From positions 64,001 to 128,000 of the IMG/VR virus record IMGVR_UViG_3300032270_000543: a stretch of 64,000 nt of DNA. One strand, written 5' to 3'. The notes below the pieces were generated by a model that saw nothing but the letters and a program-made list of their open reading frames with translations, ran no database searches and was not told the DNA's origin. The DNA is from a virus (taxonomy: Duplodnaviria; Caudoviricetes). This document shows, one piece after another, positions 35,859 through 44,507 of this stretch; positions within the stretch are counted from its first letter, which is position 1, and each line of letters opens with the position of its first letter. The translations under genes were made by a program, and so were the position numbers.

Positions 35859-35931
35859 TAGCACTGGTGGGAGTCGAACCCACACTAGTTCGATTTTGAG
35901 TCGAATGCCTCTGCCATTGGGCTACAGTGCC
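35859..35931 (-). tRNA. tRNA-Leu(CAA), short variable arm
   Basis: GGCACTG...TTCGA CT CAA AA TCGAA...GGTTCGACTCC. Confidence 0.88.
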
Positions 35932-36121
35932 GATTTTTTAGTGATTAGCGGCGGTCATCGTCACCATCGTCCTCGTCTTCCCACTCGTCATCGTCGGTGG
36001 GGCGACGAATTTCACGCGGATCAGCGTCCGAGCGAATGGAATTTGCGAATTCATCCCAGTCAATGGTGTCGTCACGGAGGTCGGCTTCAAGCAGGGCGAG
36101 GCGGGGCATGATTTTTTCCTT

Positions 36122-36325
36122 TTAGCGAGTGGTGCGGAGCGCGTAAGCGTTCGAACCGTTGGGAGTAATGCGAAAAAGCGTGGTGGAGCCGTTGCGGAAG
36201 GTCACAATCAGGTCGGTGCCGTACACAACCGCGTTCACAGCGTCCTTGCACACGGTGCAGAGGGGCGAATTCCAGCCCTTGCGCCACAGTTGAACACGAC
36301 CAGAGGTGATTGTTGCGTAGTTCAT
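36122..36325 (-). CDS. Small beta-rich hypothetical protein
   Basis: ORF track, strong codon bias. Confidence 0.6.
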   Translation of the reverse strand: MNYATITSGRVQLWRKGWNSPLCTVCKDAVNAVVYGTDLIVTFRNGSTTLFRITPNGSNAYALRTTR

Positions 36326-36336
36326 GGTGATGGGAG

Positions 36337-36410
36337 CGTCCCTGAGTGGATTCGAACCACTGACTTATTGCTTAGAAGGCAATTACTCTATCCAACTGAG
36401 TTACAGGGAC
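36337..36410 (-). tRNA. tRNA-Arg(TCT)
   Basis: GTCCCTG...TTGC CT TCT AA GCAA...GGTTCGAATCC. Confidence 0.92.
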
Positions 36411-36416
36411 GAGTTT

Positions 36417-36647
36417 TTACGAGTTCCAGGTGTCCGTGCCGTTCGTGGGATCAACAAATTCGTGCCCACCAAGCGAATAATCGGGTTCAGTGGTGCGCGT
36501 GGCGTTCGGCAGGTAGCCCGTGTTGTACAGCAGAGCAGTGAGTCGCGCCTCAAGTTCACGATTCTTGTGCTTCAGTGCGGTATTTTCTTCGGTCAGACCC
36601 TTGATGCGAGACTGCATGATGCGCGTAGTGATGTTGGTGTGTGCCAT
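36417..36647 (-). CDS. Small coiled-coil protein
   Basis: AAGGA SD; heptad pattern. Confidence 0.6.
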   Translation of the reverse strand: MAHTNITTRIMQSRIKGLTEENTALKHKNRELEARLTALLYNTGYLPNATRTTEPDYSLGGHEFVDPTNGTDTWNS

Positions 36648-36667
36648 TTGAGCGATTTCCTTGTGTG

Positions 36668-37045
36668 TTAGGCGTTGGTGGTGACGAACTGGGGCTGCGC
36701 GGGCGTCGGCGCAGGGGCAGAACCCGCTGCGCGACCCTTCTGATTGGGCGAACCAGGCTTGCGACCGCGCTTGTTGTTGTTCACAGTGAGCGTGTTCACA
36801 TCCGCAGCGAGTTCAGGGATGAGGTAATTGCCACGACCAGCGCGGCGAGCCTTCGTAGCGGCGATCCACGCGGGAACCGCGATGTACGGCGAGGTCTGGA
36901 GCAGGGTCACCAAGTCCTTGCGGGACACCGTGCAGGTGTCGTACACGGTCAGTGCAGCGCGATTTGCCTGAAGAAACTTGATGAATTCAATCTGACCAGG
37001 CGTGTAAGAGGCGAGGAGGGGGAGCGTGTTGTTCGTAGTAGTCAT
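36668..37045 (-). CDS. DNA-binding-like protein paralogous to CobS N-terminus, with AT-hook-like motif
   Basis: AVPAWI...RAGRGNYLIPEL...KRGRKPGS. Confidence 0.65.
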   Translation of the reverse strand: MTTTNNTLPLLASYTPGQIEFIKFLQANRAALTVYDTCTVSRKDLVTLLQTSPYIAVPAWIAATKARRAGRGNYLIPELAADVNTLTVNNNKRGRKPGSPNQKGRAAGSAPAPTPAQPQFVTTNA

Positions 37046-37065
37046 TGAAGGCATTTCCTTTTGTG

Positions 37066-37383
37066 TTAGCGAGTCGAAACCCAGTTGAGAATCTGAAACA
37101 GTTCGGTGAGCGGGACGAATCCCTTGACTTCGGTGCGGTCCTTGAACGGGACGGGTTCGTTTTGCGGATCGTAGATTGCGATCTCTACAGTGGCAGCGTA
37201 CTCCATGTCTCCGAGCGGTGCGGTGATACGCTCACCGCGTTCGTTTGTACTGTACGCGAGTGCGCCATAGATCACACTTGCGGAGTATCCGTTCGGAAAC
37301 TTCAGTTTGAGTTGGTTGTGTTCGTGAAGTGTTTTCCCCTGTTGGGGGGTGTGGACGATCTTGATTCCGCCGATGGTTCCCAT
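37066..37383 (-). CDS. Hypothetical protein
   Basis: KFPNGYSASVI...EIAI; GGAGG SD. Confidence 0.7.
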   Translation of the reverse strand: MGTIGGIKIVHTPQQGKTLHEHNQLKLKFPNGYSASVIYGALAYSTNERGERITAPLGDMEYAATVEIAIYDPQNEPVPFKDRTEVKGFVPLTELFQILNWVSTR

Positions 37384-37395
37384 GTGCGCCTCCAA

Positions 37396-38745
37396 TTAGA
37401 ACGGGCAAGCGTTGGGGTTGTCCGTCTTCGCCGCAGCAGGAGCGGCAGCGTCAGTGGTCTTCGGCTGCGCGTCCGCGTCCACCTTCGTGTACATCTGCGT
37501 GAACGCATCCTTCGTGGTCGGGTCGAACCGCGACACGCACCGCTCAATCGCGGTCATCTTGTCACCGAACACGGAGTACGCGAACACGATGTCGCGCAGA
37601 CGGCGCGTGGTGATGATCTCGCTCACCACCTGCTGCTTGAACGACTTGCGGATGATGTCCGCCCAAGTGACGAGGTTGTCAAGGAACGCATCGTCCGTGA
37701 CGCTGAGCGAGTCCGCGACCTTCTTGAGAATGCGCTTCTCGATCTTCGGGTCGGCGTAGTCCTGCTCGTAGGTGAACGCGAAACGGTCAAGGAACGCTTC
37801 GTTCAGGATGTTCGTGCCAGCGAAACGACCGTCATCGCTGCCCTTGCCCTTGGTGTTCGCAGTGGCGACCACGGTGAAGCCAGGCGCAGGGCGCACATAC
37901 TTGCCGATCTTCGGGATGAACTTGCCCTTGCCTTCAAGCACGGACTGAAGGCACATGATGAGGTGACCACCGAGGTCGATCTCGTCAAGCAGCAGCACCG
38001 CACCGCGCTCCATCGCAACGAGAACGGGACCAGGCACGAAACGAGTCTCGCCACCGATCAGACGGAAACCGCCAAGCAGTTCGTCCTCATCGGTCGCAGC
38101 GGTGAAGTTCACGCGCACACACTCGCGCTTCAGCGAGGCGCACACCTGCTCCACCATCGTGGTCTTGCCGTTGCCGCTCAGACCCGTGATGAACACGGGG
38201 CAGAACCGCTTGGACTTGATGATGGACTTGATCTCGTTGTGGTAGCCCCACGGAATGTAGTTGTCGTCCGTGGACGGCGTGAACGATTCGCTCTCGCCCT
38301 GCGTGATGGTACGCGCGAGTTCAGCCGCGTCCGTGCCAGCAGTGAGCGCAACCGCGCTGCACTCCTCAACAGCAGGAGCGTTCGCAGTCACGGCAGGAGC
38401 CGCAACAGTCTTCGGCTCCGCGATCTTGACGGTCTTCGCGGTCTTCGAACCCGCAGGGCGACCACGCTTCACTTCGGTGATCGTGAACGCGGCATCGTCC
38501 GCGAAGAGTTCAGGCAGCGCGTACACGCCGCGACCGCACTTGCGGCTCTTATCCATGCACCACGCGGGCACAGCAGCGTAGCCAGCGGCGTGAGCCGCCT
38601 TGAACAGCGGCGAGAACGACACGGACTGCCCATTGCAGGTGGTCTTCGCGGTCAGACCGTTGGAGGCGAGGTGGTTGCGAACGGCGGAAACGAAAGCGAA
38701 CTGCGTGGAGGTGAGGTTGAACATGGTCTTCATAGCGGTCTTCAT
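37396..38745 (-). CDS. cobS: CobS-like MoxR-family AAA+ ATPase
   Basis: Walker A GLSGNGKT, Walker B LLLDEID, ATANTKGKGSDDGRF, NEAFLDRF, TTRRL; typical of T4-like phages. Confidence 0.92.
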   Translation of the reverse strand: MKTAMKTMFNLTSTQFAFVSAVRNHLASNGLTAKTTCNGQSVSFSPLFKAAHAAGYAAVPAWCMDKSRKCGRGVYALPELFADDAAFTITEVKRGRPAGSKTAKTVKIAEPKTVAAPAVTANAPAVEECSAVALTAGTDAAELARTITQGESESFTPSTDDNYIPWGYHNEIKSIIKSKRFCPVFITGLSGNGKTTMVEQVCASLKRECVRVNFTAATDEDELLGGFRLIGGETRFVPGPVLVAMERGAVLLLDEIDLGGHLIMCLQSVLEGKGKFIPKIGKYVRPAPGFTVVATANTKGKGSDDGRFAGTNILNEAFLDRFAFTYEQDYADPKIEKRILKKVADSLSVTDDAFLDNLVTWADIIRKSFKQQVVSEIITTRRLRDIVFAYSVFGDKMTAIERCVSRFDPTTKDAFTQMYTKVDADAQPKTTDAAAPAAAKTDNPNACPF

Positions 38746-38752
38746 GTGGTTC

Positions 38753-38842
38753 ATTATACTGGAAACAGGCTTTATTTCAAGGCTTGCGGGGACAGCGCGT
38801 CCGATAATACTTGCTGTAAACCCTTGTGCAAGAGGAAGTTAC
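38753..38842 (-). promoter_or_regulatory. Leaderless promoter plus conserved upstream element
   Basis: TTGAAA-N16-TATAAT; 21-bp CGGGGACAGCGCGTCCGATAA at 38787-38807 repeated at 41294-41314. Confidence 0.7.
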
Positions 38843-38867
38843 GAGGTGTTTGAAAAACTGCGGATTT

Positions 38868-41213
38868 TTAGACCGCGAGGTATTCTCCAATGTGGGACGC
38901 AACAGTGCGGAGCGCACCGTGCGCGATCTGCGTTTCCATGAACGCCTTCGCAAGCGAGTTGTTCGTCTTCGCGGTGTCCATCTTGGACTCTGCCTTCGTG
39001 ATGGCGTCCTGTGCGTTGCGCGAGATTTCGCCGTTCGCATCGCGGCTGAAACGATCAGCGTCCACGATGATGGCGGAATCCCAACCCCAAACATCGCCAC
39101 GCAGGAAGCCGTCACGCTTCCACTCGTTGGTCTTGCAGACCATGCCGTAGTGCGAGGGTTCGATGCCACGGCGGCTGTAGCCCACCAGACCGATCCAATG
39201 CACCTTGGAGCCAGTGCGGCGGCGCAGGATGTCCACCGCAATCATGCACTGCGGGTGGCGCACGGTGTCGGGGATGCCGTTCGTGCCAAAGTTGAAGTAG
39301 CCCATGTGGCTGCGGTAGCCGTAGGCATCCTTGCCGTACTTCGTGACGCGGTTGAGGTCATACGCAGCGCCAGTGCGCTCGTCAGTGAGGACGACCGCGG
39401 TCTTGGACTCGCGGCGGTAGCCAGCCGAAGGGTTGAACTTGTGCCAGTTGAAATCAATGGCATCGGTCGGCTCACCGTCCGTCAGCACCACGGTGTGGGC
39501 AATCTGAATGCGGCTACGCTTGATGAACGCCTCCACAAGATCAGCAGCGGCAACGAGCGCGGCAGTGGTGGGCGTACCATTGAGTCCGTAGCGGTAGTCG
39601 CACGAACCCATCTGGCGCCAGTTCCACAGGCAGGTCTTCGCCGCCTCGTAGTCCGCGCCGTTCATGCGCGAGGACAGCAGGTTCATCATGGTAAGACCCT
39701 TCGTGGTGAGCAGCGCGTTCTGACGGCGTTCCACATCCTGCGTGTAGGCAGCATCGCGTTCAGCCTTGCCCTGCGCGGAGTAGCCGTCCTTCGTGGCAAA
39801 GTAGCCCATGTCGGAGAAAGCGTAAACTTCGAACGGAATGCCACACTTGCGGCAGAAGTCCGCGAGGATGAACAACTGACCCATCGTGGACTGCATGATG
39901 TTGCTCATGGAGGACGACCAGTCAAGCAGAATCACGATGCCGTGGTTCTTGCCGTCAGCCACGCGGGTGGTGCGGCGGAAGATGTCGTCCGTCCACTTGT
40001 ACTGGTTCATGCGGAGGGTATCAAGCGAACCGCTCTTGGACACCGAGGTGCGGCGCCAGTTGTCAGCAGCCTTGCGGCGGTTGAACGCGGTCGCCATCGT
40101 GGTGGACGCGGTGGTGTAGTCGGTGATGCGGATGGGCTGTGCCATGTAGCGGCTCATGCCAGACGAGCGCATATCCCCGAGGAACTGCGTGTAGTCCAAC
40201 ACCTTGCAGGACTGCGACAACTCCTTCGTGGTGACGCGCACAATCTCCTCAACTTCACCCATATCGCTCTTCGCAAACTCCTCAAGAGCCTTTTCGAGGT
40301 TCTGATTGGTCTGCGGAGCAATACCGCTGGTCATCTCGTTGGACGGCTTCTTCTTTTCCGCCTTGCCGTTGGCTTCGGACTCGCCCTGCGGCTCGTCTTC
40401 GGACGGCTCATCGCCAGCAGCAGCACCCTGCGACTCGCTCTCGCGCTCGTCACCCTCGCCGCTGCCGCCGTTGGAGCCACCCTCGTCCGACTGCTCCTGC
40501 GAATCGTCCGTACCACTAGCGTCCACTTCCGCGTCGCCGTCCTCGCCGTCTTCAGGAGTTTCCACCGACTGCGGCTCGTTCGACTGCTGCTGCTGCTTCG
40601 CCTTCTGCTCCTGCGCGTACACGATCATGTCCTGCGCGAGGGCGACAACTTCCGCCCAAGTAGCCACCGTTTCGCCACGGGTCACGAAAGCCGCCTCCTC
40701 CGTGGAGAAGCGGATCACCGTGCCAGCGTGAACGCCGCACTTGAAGTGCAGGTTGAAGCGGTCAGCAAAGATCATGCTGTTGGGATTCGAAATATCGCCA
40801 AAGAACTCGCGCTCCATCAGCGTCTTGTACGCATTGATGAAGTCGCTCTTCAGACCACGGAACTTCGTCTGGATCATGCGCTCAATGCGCGCGTCTTCCA
40901 CGATGTTCAGGTACTGCTTCGCAGTGTTCTGATCGCAACCCGTGGCAGCAGCGATGGAGTCGATGCCCGTGCGCCAACCGTCAGCGGGGGTGAACAGGGC
41001 ATGAGCCACTTCGTGACCCACAAGCATATCGTACAGCGAACCGCTGGCGTTGCTCCACATGGGGAGGTGCAGCGAACGGGTACGCAGGTCAAAGAACGCG
41101 GTGGGGATGTTCTGGTGAACCACCGAAATATTTTCAGTGGCAAGCAGACGCGCCAGCATGGACTTCGCGGCGTTGGGAGCGGACGGGGTAGTGGCAGAGA
41201 GGATCGGAACCAT
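38868..41213 (-). CDS. CobT-like protein: HEXXH metallopeptidase-like domain, acidic linker, vWA domain
   Basis: LVGHEVAHAL, NIVEDARIE, KNHGIVILLDWSSSM (MIDAS), LNGTP, LTDGE. Confidence 0.9.
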   Translation of the reverse strand: MVPILSATTPSAPNAAKSMLARLLATENISVVHQNIPTAFFDLRTRSLHLPMWSNASGSLYDMLVGHEVAHALFTPADGWRTGIDSIAAATGCDQNTAKQYLNIVEDARIERMIQTKFRGLKSDFINAYKTLMEREFFGDISNPNSMIFADRFNLHFKCGVHAGTVIRFSTEEAAFVTRGETVATWAEVVALAQDMIVYAQEQKAKQQQQSNEPQSVETPEDGEDGDAEVDASGTDDSQEQSDEGGSNGGSGEGDERESESQGAAAGDEPSEDEPQGESEANGKAEKKKPSNEMTSGIAPQTNQNLEKALEEFAKSDMGEVEEIVRVTTKELSQSCKVLDYTQFLGDMRSSGMSRYMAQPIRITDYTTASTTMATAFNRRKAADNWRRTSVSKSGSLDTLRMNQYKWTDDIFRRTTRVADGKNHGIVILLDWSSSMSNIMQSTMGQLFILADFCRKCGIPFEVYAFSDMGYFATKDGYSAQGKAERDAAYTQDVERRQNALLTTKGLTMMNLLSSRMNGADYEAAKTCLWNWRQMGSCDYRYGLNGTPTTAALVAAADLVEAFIKRSRIQIAHTVVLTDGEPTDAIDFNWHKFNPSAGYRRESKTAVVLTDERTGAAYDLNRVTKYGKDAYGYRSHMGYFNFGTNGIPDTVRHPQCMIAVDILRRRTGSKVHWIGLVGYSRRGIEPSHYGMVCKTNEWKRDGFLRGDVWGWDSAIIVDADRFSRDANGEISRNAQDAITKAESKMDTAKTNNSLAKAFMETQIAHGALRTVASHIGEYLAV

Positions 41214-41219
41214 GCCCCA

Positions 41220-41314
41220 ATTGTACTGGAAAATAGGGGTTTTCGCAACCGCTACCCGTATATTTTCGTAAACCCTTGGGATATAAGGACTTACGGGGAC
41301 AGCGCGTCCGATAA
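41220..41314 (-). promoter_or_regulatory. Leaderless promoter plus conserved upstream element
   Basis: TTGCGA-N17-TACAAT, ATG 6 nt downstream; inverted repeat GTAAACCCTT-N7-AAGGACTTAC and 21-bp repeat. Confidence 0.7.
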
Positions 41315-41496
41315 CCTTGCGGACAGCCCCATTTTTCAATGGGCACGCGCCTGCACGCGCGGCACGCACTGGTGTCGAGAGCCGCGCACTGCACCCATTA
41401 CGCGCAACCCCTTAACTCCTCAACACGCACCGCTCCCCAGCAGCCCGCAGGCAGCCCATATTTGAATGCGTTTGAAATGATTCCACACCACTATTC

Positions 41497-41524
41497 TTGA
41501 CGGATTGGCGTGGTAGACTAGACT
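41497..41524 (+). promoter_or_regulatory. Sigma70-like promoter (divergent)
   Basis: TTGACG-N16-TAGACT. Confidence 0.6.
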
Positions 41525-41557
41525 ACCTATTAGTAGCACCTAACCCGAGGAGTTCCA

Positions 41558-41977
41558 ATGGCTTACATGAACAACCCCCGAGTACAGCACTTTCTCAAGA
41601 CCGTCCGCTCACAGTGCAAGAAGTGCAATGTGCGGTTTACCCTGTCCAGTGGGTACGAGGTGAACGGGGGCGGTGAACGCTGCCAAGGATATTTCACAGA
41701 ACCGTGGCACTCCCGTGGGCATCAGGGCGAACTGCGGGTAGCCATTGGCGGTCGCCGCACTTCCGACTGGCTGTACACCCTTGCCCATGAGTACGCCCAC
41801 TTTCTACAGTGGATGCGTGACGATCCCATCTGGGGTGAAAAGGACTATGTGACCCTAGAGAAGCAGACGGAGCGCGAGGCTCTAGAACTGTGCAAGACTT
41901 TTAAATTGCCCATTCCGCGCCGTGTACTGCTGAAGGAACACCGCAAGTACATGAGGAAACTTGCACGGGAATGCTGA
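41558..41977 (+). CDS. HEXXH zinc metallopeptidase-like protein
   Basis: TLAHEYAHFLQ and downstream EKQTERE; GAGGAG SD. Confidence 0.7.
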   Translation: MAYMNNPRVQHFLKTVRSQCKKCNVRFTLSSGYEVNGGGERCQGYFTEPWHSRGHQGELRVAIGGRRTSDWLYTLAHEYAHFLQWMRDDPIWGEKDYVTLEKQTEREALELCKTFKLPIPRRVLLKEHRKYMRKLAREC

Positions 41978-42001
41978 TACATAGGTGTAGGAGACTACAC
42001 T

Positions 42002-42286
42002 ATGCCCACCTATGAGTACCAGTGCAAGCGGTGCAAACACGCTTTCGAAGACATTCAGAAAATCGCAGACCGTGACGCGCCGTGCAGTGCACCGTGCCCA
42101 CAGTGTGGGAAGCGTGGTGTGGAGCGCGGGATCAGCGTACCAGTGATGGGCGCGGATGCCACGGCGGGACCAGGTGCAGACTTTAAAGAACTCACGCGCA
42201 AAATGAGCGCGGGTCTGCCCAAGCGTTACCGTGAAAATTTGGATCGCGCAGCCTCCCTGCGTGGTCGCAAGTACGGACCCCAATAA
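42002..42286 (+). CDS. FmdB-family zinc-ribbon protein
   Basis: MPTYEYQCKRCKHAFE...PCPQCG. Confidence 0.88.
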   Translation: MPTYEYQCKRCKHAFEDIQKIADRDAPCSAPCPQCGKRGVERGISVPVMGADATAGPGADFKELTRKMSAGLPKRYRENLDRAASLRGRKYGPQ

Positions 42287-42461
42287 ACACCACCACACAC
42301 GCACCCCCATTATTTCACCCATTCCCAATGGTGGGGCAAAGTGTACCAGTGTGGGGCATAATTCTCAAATATTACGCACAATCCCTCACCAGACACTCCA
42401 AATGCGGTTTCCGTCCACCACACCACTCTCAACGGTTTTCTACATAGTGTGGAGACTGCCC

Positions 42462-42665
42462 ATGATGAAGTTTACCCATTTCCTCTCGTCCCTCGCTGAA
42501 GCCACCACCATACAACGGGTGGCGCGTACCCTGTTCCCACGCAGCACACAGCGTAAAATAGAACAGCGTCAAGCAGCACGGGGCTGGGCAGCAGTCCGCC
42601 GCGCACAGGAAAAGAAACTAGCCGCATACGAAGCCCGCAAAGCCGCACGAAAGGCACAGCCATGA
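42462..42665 (+). CDS. Small basic putative internal head protein
   Basis: MMKFTHFLSSLAE start; TACATA box and GGAG SD. Confidence 0.65.
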   Translation: MMKFTHFLSSLAEATTIQRVARTLFPRSTQRKIEQRQAARGWAAVRRAQEKKLAAYEARKAARKAQP

Positions 42666-43207
42666 AACCATTTCTTGACCCGTTTCCGTTCCGTAATCCC
42701 GAAAACCGCAGCGATCTGGCAGCGGTAATTGCTGAAATCACAACGGAAAAGACTCCTGCTCCCATTCCGCCAAGCAAGGCTGGCACACGGTACGACAAGT
42801 ACGGGGACAAGTTCGCCAAGAAGAGCGTACCCACAAAGGCGAACCCCACCACTCCCCGCGTGAGCGAACCCCTGAAGACCGAAAGCGTGGTGGCTGAATC
42901 CCACTCCCGCGCTGCACTGGAGCGACTGTCCACCACCGAACTGCGGGAATTGAAAAAGAAGTACGAGCGGCTGGTGCTGCGGGGCGACCGCAAGGCTTCC
43001 GAAGAACTGGCAACCATTCGTGGTCTGCTCCGTAGCAAGGGCGGCGGACACGCACTGGACGAAGCCGCAACCCCATGCGAACGCGCTGCACTGGCGCGGC
43101 TGAAGAGCGCAAACACCGCCGACCTACAGGACGCGCCTGGTGCAGCAGGTGAGCGGGCACACGCGCGGCTCCACAAGACCATTGGTAAAGTGCTGAAGAG
43201 TAAATAA
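42662..43207 (+). CDS. Basic modular putative internal head protein
   Basis: Segments delimited by IAE, VAE, LDE. Confidence 0.6.
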   Translation: MKPFLDPFPFRNPENRSDLAAVIAEITTEKTPAPIPPSKAGTRYDKYGDKFAKKSVPTKANPTTPRVSEPLKTESVVAESHSRAALERLSTTELRELKKKYERLVLRGDRKASEELATIRGLLRSKGGGHALDEAATPCERAALARLKSANTADLQDAPGAAGERAHARLHKTIGKVLKSK

Positions 43208-43234
43208 ATGCAGTCCACCTTGGCAAACGATCAG

Positions 43235-43258
43235 CCCCCGCAAGGGGGTTTTTCTTTT
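43235..43258 (+). terminator. Intrinsic terminator followed by CTAAATA late promoter
   Basis: CCCCC-gcaa-GGGGG-TTTTT; CTAAATA at 43261. Confidence 0.8.
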
Positions 43259-43272
43259 GGCTAAATAAGTGC

Positions 43273-43998
43273 ATGAAGCCATTCCGCCAGTACATCACCG
43301 AGCGTCTTGCCATTGAGGACAACCCCAATGCGTACACGCCACCCGCTACGAGTGGAGCGCGTAGTCGTGCAGACATTGCGTACGAGCGGCGGCAAGCACG
43401 GCTTTACGGTGGAGTCATGGCACGGGTAGCCGCAAAGGCTCTTGCAAAGTCGCAAGCACAGCACCGCACACAGGCGGCGCGTCAGCCGTTTCCGTGGAGC
43501 GGTGGAGGCTACAACATGAAGCCAGGCTGGTGGCATCCCACCAAGCAGTGGTTCCTGTTCACCCGCGACTACCATGTCACGCAGATTGTAAAGAATCCAC
43601 GGGCATTCGGCATCTCCACCGCAGAACTGAATGGGGGACTGCTGAAGGAAGCAGAGCATTTGGTGTCGCGCCACATGAATTGGTATGACAGCGAAGGCAC
43701 TCCACAGGCACACACAGCCGAAAGTGTGCGCGACAGCATTTTGAAGACGGACATTGATCTGGCTTATGAAGTGCAGCGCGTGGCGTACATGAAGGGCTGG
43801 CTGAAGGTGTACTCAGGAAGCGCACGAAATTCACCGTCACTGGAAGGCATCAACGGCGACTCCATTCGTGCAGCACTGCGCGAGATCAGCGAGAGCGGTG
43901 GCAACTTCAACACAGTCGTGGTGGAGCGCGTTGGACTGAATCGCGGACTATCGGATTTCAAGCGGTACAATCCAAACGAGTGGAGAACCGTGTCGTGA
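43273..43998 (+). CDS. Putative internal head protein
   Basis: MKPFRQYITE start. Confidence 0.7.
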   Translation: MKPFRQYITERLAIEDNPNAYTPPATSGARSRADIAYERRQARLYGGVMARVAAKALAKSQAQHRTQAARQPFPWSGGGYNMKPGWWHPTKQWFLFTRDYHVTQIVKNPRAFGISTAELNGGLLKEAEHLVSRHMNWYDSEGTPQAHTAESVRDSILKTDIDLAYEVQRVAYMKGWLKVYSGSARNSPSLEGINGDSIRAALREISESGGNFNTVVVERVGLNRGLSDFKRYNPNEWRTVS

Positions 43999-44507
43999 AG
44001 TCGTTTCGCGTCCACATCACAGAATACTTTTTTCGTGGTGCAAATCCCACGGTGGATCTTGTGGTGTTTCGTGAAGGCGCGAACGGAAAAGAACTGCTGC
44101 TCATCAAGCGCAAGACTGGCAGCGTGGAAGGCGGCAAGTGGGCAATCCCTGGTGGCTTCATCAACACCACGGCACAGCGCGGAGAAGAGTGGAAGGGTGG
44201 GGCGGAATCGCCTCTGCAAGCAGCGGTTCGTGAATTGGAAGAAGAAACAGGACTGCGACTCACCCCTGCACAGCAGCGAATGATAAAGCATATCGGAGTT
44301 TTCGAGGGTGGTGGACGCGATCCACGCGACAGTGCAGAATCGTGGTCGCGCTCCCATGCGTTCACCGTTACGCTTCCGAAGGGCTTCAATCCACGGGTTC
44401 GCGGTGCAGATGATGCAAGCGCAGCAGAGTGGTTTCCCGTGAACAAAATGCCTCAACTTGCATTCGATCACTCTGAAATAGTAAAACGCGCAAGGAAAAT
44501 CGCATGA
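43995..44507 (+). CDS. Nudix hydrolase (ADP-ribose pyrophosphatase-like) with capsid-targeting-like N-terminus
   Basis: WAIPGG...ESPLQAAVRELEEETGL Nudix box, GRDPR, GADDA..AEWF, LAFDH; starts (M)KSFRVHITE. Confidence 0.9.
   Translation: MKSFRVHITEYFFRGANPTVDLVVFREGANGKELLLIKRKTGSVEGGKWAIPGGFINTTAQRGEEWKGGAESPLQAAVRELEEETGLRLTPAQQRMIKHIGVFEGGGRDPRDSAESWSRSHAFTVTLPKGFNPRVRGADDASAAEWFPVNKMPQLAFDHSEIVKRARKIA

Noticed and set aside
37396-38745. Cobalamin biosynthesis as an auxiliary metabolic function
   Set aside because: No cobN or other cob genes in the window; the gene is a generic MoxR AAA paired with a vWA protein
37045-41465. Long plus-strand ORFs of 602 aa and 879 aa
   Set aside because: Antisense shadows of cobS and cobT-like genes caused by strong codon bias; no motifs or SD
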